DNA of 62,651 nt, the filler included. It is 4 parts of 4 records of this genome, joined end to end, with 100 filler letters (N's around TTAATTAATTAA, not from the genome) between each part and the next. Parts side by side here need not be neighbours in the genome. Positions count along the whole stretch, not along the records: positions 31,988 to 49,419 come from SRR31156797_773; positions 49,520 to 56,773 come from SRR31156797_775; 2 more parts are not named here. One strand, given 5' to 3'. Below the pieces are notes generated by a model that was given only the letters and a program-made list of their open reading frames with translations, did not search any database and was not told where the DNA came from. Positions 41,067-50,117 of the stretch are shown here, one piece after another. A program made the position numbers and the translations under genes. The stretch's first letter is position 1. The number at the start of each line of letters is the position of its first letter.

Positions 41067-41492
41067 GTGAAGAAAGTATTGGTAATTAGCGATAAAAATG
41101 AAGCTCGTTCTCAAATGGCTGAGAAATGGCTGAATTACTATGGGAAAAAGCATATAAATGTATGGAGTGCAGGTTTATCGAAAGGTAAGATTAATGTTAT
41201 GGCGCAAAAGGCAATGGCTGAAGCTGTAATGGATATACCTGAATACAATTCGAAATGCCTTTCAGATTTGGATGAAAAAGAATTTGATTTTGTATTGTGT
41301 TTCGATAAGGATTTATCAAGTAGAATACCAGAATTGACTGGAAATCCGAAAATTAAGATGTTTGATTTACCTGATCCTTCCAAAGTAGAAGGAGAGGAGA
41401 ACGTGAAATTACAAGCATATAATGCTGTTTGTAATGCTGTTGATGATGCATGTTTTGTTTTTGTACAGGAACATTTCAAAATTGTTCCATAA
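41067..41492 (+). CDS. ArsC/LMW-PTP-fold protein lacking the catalytic cysteine
   Basis: N...RSQMAE, SAG and the DP motif are retained, but the P-loop reads SDKNEAR instead of CxxNxCR. Confidence 0.8.
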   Translation: MKKVLVISDKNEARSQMAEKWLNYYGKKHINVWSAGLSKGKINVMAQKAMAEAVMDIPEYNSKCLSDLDEKEFDFVLCFDKDLSSRIPELTGNPKIKMFDLPDPSKVEGEENVKLQAYNAVCNAVDDACFVFVQEHFKIVP

Positions 41493-41572
41493 ATTTGATA
41501 TATGTATTGATAAGCATTTTGAGTGTAAAATGTTTATTATCTGAATGAAAAAATTAAATAGGAATATGTTCT

Positions 41573-41602
41573 ACGGGATTCAAGTATTGAATCCCGTTTT
41601 TT
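41573..41602 (+). terminator. Rho-independent terminator
   Basis: ACGGGATTCAA-GTA-TTGAATCCCGT followed by T5. Confidence 0.8.
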
Positions 41603-41957
41603 ATTTGTCTAGTTGGATATAGTGAACTCCTTTCATTTTAAACTCATGAATAAATAGCTTGATTATGAAATCTTATGGAAATAGTTTCTTTATGATTTAG
41701 TTGTTGAGGTAAGGCATTTTTTTCGTATTAATAATGATCTTACATGGTGCAAGTGCTTGACAAGGACTCGGATAATTTGTAATTTTATTATAAATCCAAT
41801 ACCGGAAGGCAATTAGAACAGATAAGTTTATGACATACGTAATCCTACAAATATTAATTGGTTGTCTTTACGAAAAAAAACGGAATAAAATCTCTCATTA
41901 TCCTACCAAAAATAAACCTTTTATTTTATAAGAATCTATTCATTAAAGGAGGCGAAG

Positions 41958-42398
41958 ATGAAAAATAATATTGGAGTTTGGTTAGACACCGAAAAAGCCT
42001 ATATCATTACATTAAAAAATGATGAAAGTCATGTTGAAACAATTGAATCAGATGTGGAAACGCGAGTTCGTTTTAAAGGGGAAACAAAAGCATATTCCAA
42101 AATGGGGAATCAGTTTATTAACCCAGCTAAAAGAATGACTCACCGGAGAAGGCATCAATTTAAGCAATATTTTGAGGAGATTACAGATTGTCTTTCAGAA
42201 GCAGAAGAGATTTATCTTTTCGGTCCCGCAGAAACCAAAGTACATTTGGCAAAGCATTTGAGTAAAAATTCAAATTTAAAGGATAGAATCCGTAAGATTG
42301 AGTCTGAAGATCAGATGACGGAAAAGCAAATGATTGCTTGTGTAAAGAATATTTTTAAGAAAGATAAAGTGAATGTAAATGTTCGTATCAGACATTAA
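41958..42398 (+). CDS. Small eRF1 middle-domain-like / host-attachment (baeRF-like) protein
   Basis: AAGGAGG RBS; GVWLDTEKAYI...YFEEI...IYLFGPAETKVHL...MTEKQMIA pattern. Confidence 0.65.
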   Translation: MKNNIGVWLDTEKAYIITLKNDESHVETIESDVETRVRFKGETKAYSKMGNQFINPAKRMTHRRRHQFKQYFEEITDCLSEAEEIYLFGPAETKVHLAKHLSKNSNLKDRIRKIESEDQMTEKQMIACVKNIFKKDKVNVNVRIRH

Positions 42399-42440
42399 GT
42401 AAGAAAAAATAGTGGTATAAATACAATAGGTAAGTAAGGC

Positions 42441-42504
42441 GGTTCCCAGTTTTGAGTTTTTGTTAGATTGCCATCGAAGCAGAATTCAAAGCTGGGAATT
42501 TTTG
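42441..42504 (+). terminator. Long G-U-rich hairpin, probable terminator
   Basis: About 23-bp stem GGTTCCCAGTTTTGAGTTTTTGTT / AGCAGAATTCAAAGCTGGGAATT with a T run. Confidence 0.55.
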
Positions 42505-42576
42505 CTGTTGGTATTTTTACCTGAATAATTAATTTAGCATATGGTTTAATTTTAGAAGAAATCTTTATAAAAGAAA

Positions 42577-42987
42577 ATGATTCATCAAGTAGAAATTACA
42601 TTACCTGCCTATTCAAGAGGATATCACCTTATTGATTCGGAGATTATAAATCAATTGTCAAATTTACCTGAAGTTGGAATTTTGCATTTGTTCATTAAGC
42701 ATACTTCTGCTGCTTTAAGTATTAATGAAAACGCAGATCCATCGGTTCGTGATGATTTTGAATCAATCATGAATCATTTAGTACCAGAAAATCAATCGTA
42801 TTATACTCATATTTACGAAGGTGCAGATGATATGCCAGCTCATGTTAAAGCAAGTCTACTTGGTCCCGATTTGACAATTCCAATTCGTAATAGAAGTTTA
42901 AATTTGGGAATCTGGCAAGGTATTTATTTATGTGAGTTTAGAAATAGAGGAGGGCGTCGTAAAATTATTGCGACTATCTATTCATAA
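42577..42987 (+). CDS. yjbQ: YjbQ/UPF0047 family protein (secondary thiamine-phosphate synthase)
   Basis: HTSAALSINENADPSV, EGADDMPAHVKASL, LGIWQGIYLCEFR. Confidence 0.92.
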   Translation: MIHQVEITLPAYSRGYHLIDSEIINQLSNLPEVGILHLFIKHTSAALSINENADPSVRDDFESIMNHLVPENQSYYTHIYEGADDMPAHVKASLLGPDLTIPIRNRSLNLGIWQGIYLCEFRNRGGRRKIIATIYS

Positions 42988-43014
42988 AAAAACGCCTCAA
43001 TTAATGAGGCGTTT
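42986..43014. terminator. Bidirectional terminator
   Basis: AAAAAAACGCCTCA-ATTAA-TGAGGCGTTT between convergent genes. Confidence 0.8.
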
Positions 43015-43019
43015 AAATT

Positions 43020-44792
43020 TTATATTGCTTTGGTTTTATCTTTTAACCAGGCTTTGTGCTTTTCGTCCAATTCCGGAGATAATTTATCGAATACCATCTG
43101 GTGATAGGAGTTAAGCCAGTATCTTTCATCTTGCGTTAAAATATCGACATTAATTCCTTTGGTTTCAAAATGACAAAGAGTGATGGTTTCAAACTCTAAA
43201 TAATCACCGAACTCTGAGGAACCGGCTTCCTTACAAAGAATTAAATTTTCATGACGAATTCCATATTTCCCCTGTCGATATAGAGCAGGTTCATTAGAGG
43301 TAATCATTCCATTCACCATTGCCTGATCCTTTAGTTCCTGGCGAATACTCTGAGGTCCTTCATGAACATTCATAAAACAGCCAACACCATGTCCTGTCCC
43401 GTGTCCGTAGTTTCGGAAATTTTTCCACAAATCCATTCGAGCTAAAATATCAATATTACAACCACGAGTACCCTTAGGAAAAACTGCCATTGCTAATTGA
43501 ATCATACCTTTTAAAACCAAAGTGTAATCCAATTTTTCTTCTTCATTCATTTCTCCCAAAGGAATTGTTCTTGTAATGTCGGTTGTTCCATCAAGATATT
43601 GAGCTCCAGAATCAATTAGTAAAATTCCATCTTTTTTTATTTCAACATTCGATTCCTGAGTGGTAGAGTAATGTGGATGAGCACCATGATCTTTATAGCC
43701 GCAAATGGTTCCAAAACTTTCACCTTTAAAATTTTCTTGCTGACTACGGAACTCTCTTAGTTTCTCCATTACAGTAAACTCTGTAATAGATTCTGCTCCC
43801 AGGTTTTCTTCCAGCCAAAAATAGAAATGAGTTAAGGCAACACCATCTTTTTTCATCGCATTTTTCATGCCTTCTATTTCAACTTCATTTTTTAAACTTT
43901 TTAAAAGTTGCGATGGGTTTTCTCTTTCAATAATATTGGCAGAAATAGAGTAGAATGCTCTTAGATTAGTTCTGTTAATATCAAGTAAAACATTTGCTGA
44001 AGCAGGAAGTTCTTCTAAGTCATTAAATATTTGTCCGTAACTGGCGATTGATATTTCATCTTCAGCTAAACTTTCTATTAATGTACTTGAAACTTTCTCT
44101 TCATTTAAATAAATGCATGCCTTCTCTTTTCCTATTATAGCATAAGCTAAAGCCAAAGGATTGTAATCCACATCAGATCCTCTTAAATTGAATATCCAAG
44201 CCACATCATCCATGCTTCCAACAAAATGATAGTTACAGCTAGATTCTTCCATTTTTTTACGAATCTGAGTTAACTTGGAGAATCTGGTTTGACCTGAAAA
44301 TTTTAGTTCATGATCGAAAATAATGCCATTAGGTAATGGAGGACGATCATCCCAAATATTTCCAATTAAATCGTATTCTTCTGTGATATGAATATCCAAA
44401 TTACCCAATTTGTTTTTCAGTTCACGTGTTTGTGTTACTGAAAAACAAGTTCCATCGAAACCTACATGTGCTTCGATAGGCAATTCTTTTCCCAACCACT
44501 CGAAAGGAGATGGAGTGCCAGGCGTTCCCATTTTAAATAAAGTTATTCCACTATCTTTTAGTTGTGTTTCAGCTTGAAGAAAGTATCTTGAATCCGTCCA
44601 AAGACCAGCTTTATCATTTGTAATTACTACTGTTCCTGCTGATCCGGTAAAACCTGAAATCCACTGACGATTAGTCCAGCGATCTGGTACATATTCGCTC
44701 ATGTGTGGATCTGAACTGGTTACAATATAGGCTTGAATTTCTTTTTCATTCATTAAAAAACGCAATGCGTTTATTCTTTCAGCGACGGTCAT
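43020..44792 (-). CDS. Xaa-Pro aminopeptidase (aminopeptidase P, M24B)
   Basis: DPHMSEY, SGFTGSAG, LWTDSRY, DSGAQYLDGTTDITRT, HGTGHGVG, HEGPQ. Confidence 0.93.
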   Translation of the reverse strand: MTVAERINALRFLMNEKEIQAYIVTSSDPHMSEYVPDRWTNRQWISGFTGSAGTVVITNDKAGLWTDSRYFLQAETQLKDSGITLFKMGTPGTPSPFEWLGKELPIEAHVGFDGTCFSVTQTRELKNKLGNLDIHITEEYDLIGNIWDDRPPLPNGIIFDHELKFSGQTRFSKLTQIRKKMEESSCNYHFVGSMDDVAWIFNLRGSDVDYNPLALAYAIIGKEKACIYLNEEKVSSTLIESLAEDEISIASYGQIFNDLEELPASANVLLDINRTNLRAFYSISANIIERENPSQLLKSLKNEVEIEGMKNAMKKDGVALTHFYFWLEENLGAESITEFTVMEKLREFRSQQENFKGESFGTICGYKDHGAHPHYSTTQESNVEIKKDGILLIDSGAQYLDGTTDITRTIPLGEMNEEEKLDYTLVLKGMIQLAMAVFPKGTRGCNIDILARMDLWKNFRNYGHGTGHGVGCFMNVHEGPQSIRQELKDQAMVNGMITSNEPALYRQGKYGIRHENLILCKEAGSSEFGDYLEFETITLCHFETKGINVDILTQDERYWLNSYHQMVFDKLSPELDEKHKAWLKDKTKAI

Positions 44793-44888
44793 TTTAAGGT
44801 TGTTATTGTTTAAAGCATAAAATTACAATAATATGATGTACAAGCTGTATTTCGTAGCTTAAATTTTAGGTTTTTTAAGAAAAATCAT

Positions 44889-44918
44889 AAAAAAACCTCT
44901 TTCAAATTATGAAAGAGG
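44889..44918 (-). terminator. Rho-independent terminator of the ECF operon
   Basis: CCTCTTTCA...TGAAAGAGG with an A run on + (U tail on -). Confidence 0.7.
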
Positions 44919-44940
44919 TCCTTGCTTGTATTTTTATTTG

Positions 44941-46002
44941 TTATCGTAAACTTACATTTCCGTATTGACTGTTAATTTTCACTTTTCCTTTGGTTTGACT
45001 TGAGTCGCCAACAATTACTTTTAACGAAGTTTCAGAATTGTCAACTATTTTTTGAATTACTTGTGCGTTATCAGGATAATTAATTCCACAGTATTTGGTT
45101 TCAGCTTCAAGGGAATAGGAGGCACCTTCTTCAATTGCAATTTTACTAGCTACATATTGATTGTCAACTTTTATCGACTCAAAATCCTTTGATACATTAT
45201 CAATTTTACAATTTCCATATCGAAGGTTTAATTCTAGATTCTTGTTTACATTCTCTATTCTGAAATCGGAATATTGACCCATATTTACCATAAAAGTATT
45301 TGTACTTATTACATTGAATGCATCGTATTTAGAATCGGCAATTACTGTTTCGTTACTATCTAAATGTAATTTTGAGTAACGACTCACTACAACTAAAGCT
45401 TTACTAGTTCCAATATTCATTTTTGAATATTTTAAGGTCAATTTTGTGCGATTGCACTCATCAATAGTGGCTTTTGCGTAAGATAAGTTGATGGTACTTA
45501 CAGGTTTTTCTTCAGGATATAGGAAGCTTTCGCCACGTAAATTTCCATAGCTTAAGTTGATTTTTGCTTTCTCACGCAATTGACTGATGAAGATATTACC
45601 GAATTTGTTGGATACATCAAGCTTAATATAGCTAGGCATAAACACTTCATAATCGATTTTGAATTTTTTTCCGGTTTTAAATTTGTGAGACATTTCTGTA
45701 TGAGCAGAAATGGATTGTCCGGATTTATTCATTTTAATATCGATATTATGGAAGAGTAATTTTGCTTTCTCTTCGCTGGTAGTTTCAATTGTGATTAGTA
45801 CTTTAATCGAAATCGAATCTTTTTCCCAGTTTTTAATGTCGATATCTCCATATTTACTGCTTATACTTAAATCATTCCCCATGCTAACCGGGAATACCTC
45901 TTTAATTTCTTTTTCGTAATCATCAATAGCAAATACGCTTGTATTTAAACTCATGAATAATACTAAAAGTATAGCCGAAAGTTTGAATTTTAATGTTTTC
46001 AT
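44941..46002 (-). CDS. Exported DUF4097/adhesin-like beta-strand repeat protein
   Basis: Signal peptide; repeated I-x-(S/N)-KYG-x-I-x-I units; start moved to ATG 46002. Confidence 0.78.
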   Translation of the reverse strand: MKTLKFKLSAILLVLFMSLNTSVFAIDDYEKEIKEVFPVSMGNDLSISSKYGDIDIKNWEKDSISIKVLITIETTSEEKAKLLFHNIDIKMNKSGQSISAHTEMSHKFKTGKKFKIDYEVFMPSYIKLDVSNKFGNIFISQLREKAKINLSYGNLRGESFLYPEEKPVSTINLSYAKATIDECNRTKLTLKYSKMNIGTSKALVVVSRYSKLHLDSNETVIADSKYDAFNVISTNTFMVNMGQYSDFRIENVNKNLELNLRYGNCKIDNVSKDFESIKVDNQYVASKIAIEEGASYSLEAETKYCGINYPDNAQVIQKIVDNSETSLKVIVGDSSQTKGKVKINSQYGNVSLR

Positions 46003-46054
46003 CCGTTTACAGTTTATTTGAAGTTTACTTTTTATTTCTTGTGTTATAGTTTTA

Positions 46055-46600
46055 TTAGGCAGAAACATTCAAGTTTGATTTTGTCTGTTTTCTTACCTGA
46101 TACAATTGTTCAATTATTCGATTTAAAATACTGGTTTTAACCTGATAATATTCAATCATAGCTTCAATTACACGATCATCATCAGGATGTAATTTTAGTT
46201 CTGTTTTTAATTGATTGTATCTTTCATCCATATCTTTTAACTCCTGAGCCAGTATGTTCTGATGCTCTGTATTGTCAAAAGTTCCCATTCTTTCTATCAT
46301 TTGCAATTGGCTGTCGATATTCGATGTATAAAACATTTCAACCTCTCTGTATTCAGGTGATATTCCACCCAATCCAATTTGGTCGCCTTGTAAATTTCGA
46401 ATCTGATAGCCTGTAACTCCCGAAATGATCACAAAAATAACGATTGCTGCCACTTTTAAAAGTTTTGATATTTTAAAAGTTGGTTTTTTCTGTTTGTTTT
46501 TGTCTAATTTCGAAAGAAACATATCAAAATGATCTTCGCTAGGTTCATGATCATTAAATTCTTCCTGATGTTCTCTAAATACTTTTTCCAAATCTTTCAT
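46055..46600 (-). CDS. Putative membrane-anchored anti-sigma factor
   Basis: Directly downstream of the ECF sigma; EPSEDHFDMF N-domain, KVAAIV TM, helical C-domain. Confidence 0.65.
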   Translation of the reverse strand: MKDLEKVFREHQEEFNDHEPSEDHFDMFLSKLDKNKQKKPTFKISKLLKVAAIVIFVIISGVTGYQIRNLQGDQIGLGGISPEYREVEMFYTSNIDSQLQMIERMGTFDNTEHQNILAQELKDMDERYNQLKTELKLHPDDDRVIEAMIEYYQVKTSILNRIIEQLYQVRKQTKSNLNVSA

Positions 46601-46686
46601 ACATACAAATTTTAATTGCATTGTTGTATGTAACCTTCTTTTCGTATTTACTGATTTTAAAAATCAGTAGAAATGAGAGACGGGTT

Positions 46687-47253
46687 TTACAGCAATTTTT
46701 TGGTTTTCTTTTCTTTTAAAATCTGAATTAACTTTTTCTTTGCTCTTAAAAATTGTGATCGTGAAGTAGATGCAGTCACCTTTAAAACGGATGCAATTTC
46801 TTCATGATCGTAGCCTTCAATCAAGTATAAACTCAGTATTATTCGGTAACCTGTTGGTAGCAGGTCAATAGCATTTTTAATTTCTTCAATTTGTTCTTTG
46901 GTGTCAATTACTTCATGTTTTATTTCTTCAGCTTTTAGCTTGTGAGCTTCAAATTCGAGAGGAAATAATTCTAATTTTTTCTTTTTTAAACTATCCAAAG
47001 AACGATTGACAACAATTCTTTTAAGCCAGGCACCAAAGCTCACTTCACCCTTGTACTTGCTAATGTTCTTAAAAGCCGACAAAAATGCTTCCTGCATAAT
47101 GTCTTCTGCTTCGTATTCATCTTTAACAATTCGTAAAGATGAGTTATACATTGCTTTGTAATAAAGCTTATAAATTTTGAATTGTGCTTTGGGATCATTT
47201 TTTCCGCAAAGCTCAATTAAATCCTGGTGAATGTTTCGGTATACTGAGCTCAT
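46687..47253 (-). CDS. ECF RNA polymerase sigma-70 factor
   Basis: EAEDIMQEAF...FGAWLKRIVVN (region 2); LPTGYR...EGYDHEEIA...STSRSQ (region 4). Confidence 0.93.
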   Translation of the reverse strand: MSSVYRNIHQDLIELCGKNDPKAQFKIYKLYYKAMYNSSLRIVKDEYEAEDIMQEAFLSAFKNISKYKGEVSFGAWLKRIVVNRSLDSLKKKKLELFPLEFEAHKLKAEEIKHEVIDTKEQIEEIKNAIDLLPTGYRIILSLYLIEGYDHEEIASVLKVTASTSRSQFLRAKKKLIQILKEKKTKKLL

Positions 47254-47272
47254 TAATCTATTTCTATTCTAA

Positions 47273-47299
47273 TGACGAATGCGGAAATCATGCGTTGCA
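47273..47299 (-). promoter_or_regulatory. Putative autoregulatory ECF promoter
   Basis: Minus strand TGCAAC - 16 bp - CGTCA, 20 bp upstream of the sigma start codon. Confidence 0.7.
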
Positions 47300-47398
47300 T
47301 GTTTTGAAAATAATTATCACAATAAATATAATCAAAAAGAAAAAGTTATTGCGATTAAGTGTTAATAATGATAACAAATAATTGTATGAAGGAAAGAT

Positions 47399-49225
47399 TT
47401 ATTTTGTTAGAAGAGCTGTTTTTGACAGGATTTGTTTTGCTATTTTTTTAAGACTATGATATATGATTTCTTTTGATCGCTGATAGCTATGTAAGAAAAA
47501 GTTTTTTTCAAGTTTTTGATTTTGAATCTGACCCACCATTGCAGCAAGTTCCTCAGCCATATTTTCATATACGGTTCTTTTGTAATGACGAATACTGTGC
47601 TTGATATCATTTTCAGTAATAAATTTTCGCACATCTAGAATGTATGTATCGGAATGATTTTTACAAAATAATTCCAATGCTTTATTCATTTTAGTGTGGC
47701 GTTCAAGTGCAAGTCCATATTCCGATTTGTTGGTAATTGGTGATTCTACTTCAGCACCATTAATAAATATAATAGGTTTGGAGACTTTCTTACGGATTGT
47801 GTTCAAGTTTTGAATCAATTGCTTTTCGTTAATTTGTCCAACGAATTTGTACTCACCTGTAAAGTATCGGTAAAAATTCTCATCCATACCTTTAAAGTTG
47901 TGATAAGTACAGCGCTCTACAAATTTTTCTTCATTCTCCTTTGGAAAATCAGAATAACTCTCATATGGAATTTTTAATCCTGTTGTCTTCGATTCGAATA
48001 AATCCATAGTGTAATCAATAAGCAGACTATAAACAAGTATATCGTACTGGTTCGAAAAAACTTCACTATTAAAAGCATTCTCATCAAGAAATGGTAAATT
48101 GTTTACCAGATTCTGTTTTTCATGATCTGAAATATTTTCGGATTGTACTAATATTTCGGTACTCGATTTTGCAACAGGATGATTGTTGCTATTTACATCG
48201 TTAAATTCTGTAAGAACATCAACATTTTTATAGGAGAGGTAATGCGCCATTTGTTTTAGGTCACAAGCTCCTTTAAGAAAAATTTTTGTTGAATTTGAAT
48301 CATTTTTTTTAACCGTTGAATGGCTCCAATCTTCTACCTCTTTAATCCAATGAGGATGATCTGTTTGATTAAGTTCCACTGTCACATCTCCAACTTTATT
48401 TATGTCAGGAAATTGCAATAGTGAATAAATGTATTGTTCTATACCAATATTCATTGATCGACACGAAAACAGAAAGTGTTCAAGTTTATTGTTTTTCTTA
48501 TGTAGTGCATAAAATCCTACAATACCGTATTCGCCAAATCTATCTTTAAGTCTGATAGCCTTGCATTTGTAATCTGAGTTAGATAGAAGAATATCTAATT
48601 CTTCGCTGTTTATTCTTTTTTTTGTGTAGTTAATTTGATTGGTACGATTAATTAACTCCAATATTCTATCCTTTATAGGCGTAAGGTCGTTAATGATTGA
48701 ATATTGTATTTCAGATGATTCAAGAAATTCTGTATTATCAGAAAAATGGTCTTTTTCTTTCTCTTTTTCTTCTAGTATTTTATATTGATTTAATCGGGAA
48801 AAGGAACTATCATCTTTACCTTTAAATGCAATGTGAGAATAAATTTCAGAAATAAAATCTGGCTCTTTTATCCAAATGTCTCGATTGTAGAATTGCACTT
48901 CTGCCAAATTCAAATGATTGTCATCAATAAACAGAACATTCTCTGCTCTTAATTGAGCGCTTTCTATAATCTGTTGAATGTTATGCCCTTTTGGATTCCA
49001 ATTGATTTGAGGAAATATAAAATAGTCCCAAATCTTAAGTTCTTGTAATTTTTGTTTGGCAAGAGCAAAATCATTTTTAGAAGCAATCGAATTTACAATT
49101 CCACGTGTACTTAGATCTTTTATCAGTTGAATATGATCTTTAATTGGAGTTATACCTTCTTCGGAAAGAGTTCCTTTCCAGAATGTGTCGTCTAAATCCC
49201 AGATTACTAATTTAATTGTATCCAT
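47399..49225 (-). CDS. FkbH-like HAD-IIIC protein with GNAT-like module and extra C-terminal domain
   Basis: WDLDDTFWKGTLSE, SIASKND, INWNPK, FIDDN, RTNQIN, DRFGEYGIVG, FSCR; start moved to ATG 49225. Confidence 0.85.
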   Translation of the reverse strand: MDTIKLVIWDLDDTFWKGTLSEEGITPIKDHIQLIKDLSTRGIVNSIASKNDFALAKQKLQELKIWDYFIFPQINWNPKGHNIQQIIESAQLRAENVLFIDDNHLNLAEVQFYNRDIWIKEPDFISEIYSHIAFKGKDDSSFSRLNQYKILEEKEKEKDHFSDNTEFLESSEIQYSIINDLTPIKDRILELINRTNQINYTKKRINSEELDILLSNSDYKCKAIRLKDRFGEYGIVGFYALHKKNNKLEHFLFSCRSMNIGIEQYIYSLLQFPDINKVGDVTVELNQTDHPHWIKEVEDWSHSTVKKNDSNSTKIFLKGACDLKQMAHYLSYKNVDVLTEFNDVNSNNHPVAKSSTEILVQSENISDHEKQNLVNNLPFLDENAFNSEVFSNQYDILVYSLLIDYTMDLFESKTTGLKIPYESYSDFPKENEEKFVERCTYHNFKGMDENFYRYFTGEYKFVGQINEKQLIQNLNTIRKKVSKPIIFINGAEVESPITNKSEYGLALERHTKMNKALELFCKNHSDTYILDVRKFITENDIKHSIRHYKRTVYENMAEELAAMVGQIQNQKLEKNFFLHSYQRSKEIIYHSLKKIAKQILSKTALLTK

Positions 49226-49359
49226 GTAAATGATAAGTTGAAGGATTACATTAAATTTATATAGAATAAATAAAAATAACAAGAATGCCTGATAAAATTC
49301 ATCCGGAATAAGCAGTAACTCATCAAATTAGAAAGAATAAGATGGGATATTTTAGAGTA

Positions 49360-49387
49360 GAAAAGCCACCGAATATTTCCGATGGCT
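49360..49387 (-). terminator. Terminator after the tRNA
   Basis: Minus strand AGCCATCGG-AAATAT-TCGGTGGCT followed by TTTC. Confidence 0.65.
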
Positions 49388-49390
49388 GTG

Positions 49391-49419
49391 TGATCCCTCT
49401 GGGGTTCGAACCCAGGACC
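49391..49419 (-). tRNA. 3' fragment of a tRNA, probably tRNA-Lys, truncated by the contig end
   Basis: Minus strand GGTCCTGGGTTCGAACCCCAGAGGGATCA gives T-arm plus acceptor with no encoded CCA; resembles Bacteroidota tRNA-Lys 3' ends from memory; anticodon not visible. Confidence 0.75.
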
Positions 49420-49519
49420 NNNNNNNNNNNNNNNNNNNNNNNNNNNNNNNNNNNNNNNNNNNNTTAATTAATTAANNNNNNNNNNNNNNNNNNNNNNNNN
49501 NNNNNNNNNNNNNNNNNNN
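49420..49519. other. Artificial contig linker
   Basis: 44 N + TTAATTAATTAA + 44 N. Confidence 0.97.
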
Positions 49520-49682
49520 ACACACTGTCCTGGCGGCTCTGCCGCCTCTTTATTAAAGACGATATTCAAGACTCAGAAATTATACAAACTGTGGTGGTTT
49601 GATTAAATATAGAACTTATTCATAGCCATATGAGGCGGAGCCTCAAAGACATTGCGCTCCCAGGCAGGAGCCTGGGAGCGAG
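49520..49682. repeat. Palindromic REP/MITE-like element, left end truncated
   Basis: GGCGGCTCTGCCGCC near the left end; GAGGCGGAGCCTC and CGCTCCCAGGC-AGGA-GCCTGGGAGCGAG at the right end; AT-rich core. Confidence 0.6.
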
Positions 49683-49709
49683 AAATGCAACTGCAATAAT
49701 CGGATTACC

Positions 49710-50117
49710 TTAGGAAAGCATTTCCTTCAGAAATTTAGGCAGGCGGATAATTTTTTTCTCCGGAGAAACGCAGGCGTGCATGGTGTAGCCTTCCACCAGC
49801 CGTTCGGCCCGTGTTTCATCCCTGAATATTTCATAATCGAACCGGACGCTGGCGCGCCTGATAATTCCTATACGGGTTTCAATTAGAAGATAATCGTCGT
49901 ACATGGCCGAGCCATGATAATGGCAATGTGATTCCGTAACCGGAAGCGCAGCACCCCTTTCCTCGATTTCCTTGTACGACATTCCCCGTTCGCGGATGAA
50001 TTCCGACCGGCCCAGTTCGAACAGCCGGTAATAATTGCCGTAATACATAACATCCATGGAATCGATATCCGCGTACAAGACCCGGTACCGGGCCTGGTTC
50101 AAGGCGTTATCCATCAT
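49710..50117 (-). CDS. Acyl-CoA thioesterase, YbgC/FadM (4HBT) family
   Basis: RVLYADIDSMDVMYYGNYYRLFELGRSE hot-dog motif. Confidence 0.88.
   Translation of the reverse strand: MMDNALNQARYRVLYADIDSMDVMYYGNYYRLFELGRSEFIRERGMSYKEIEERGAALPVTESHCHYHGSAMYDDYLLIETRIGIIRRASVRFDYEIFRDETRAERLVEGYTMHACVSPEKKIIRLPKFLKEMLS

Noticed and set aside
31988-49419. AT-rich block ending in a tRNA read as a genomic island
   Set aside because: Bounded by artificial linkers, carries housekeeping-type Bacteroidota genes and no integrase; it is a foreign contig.
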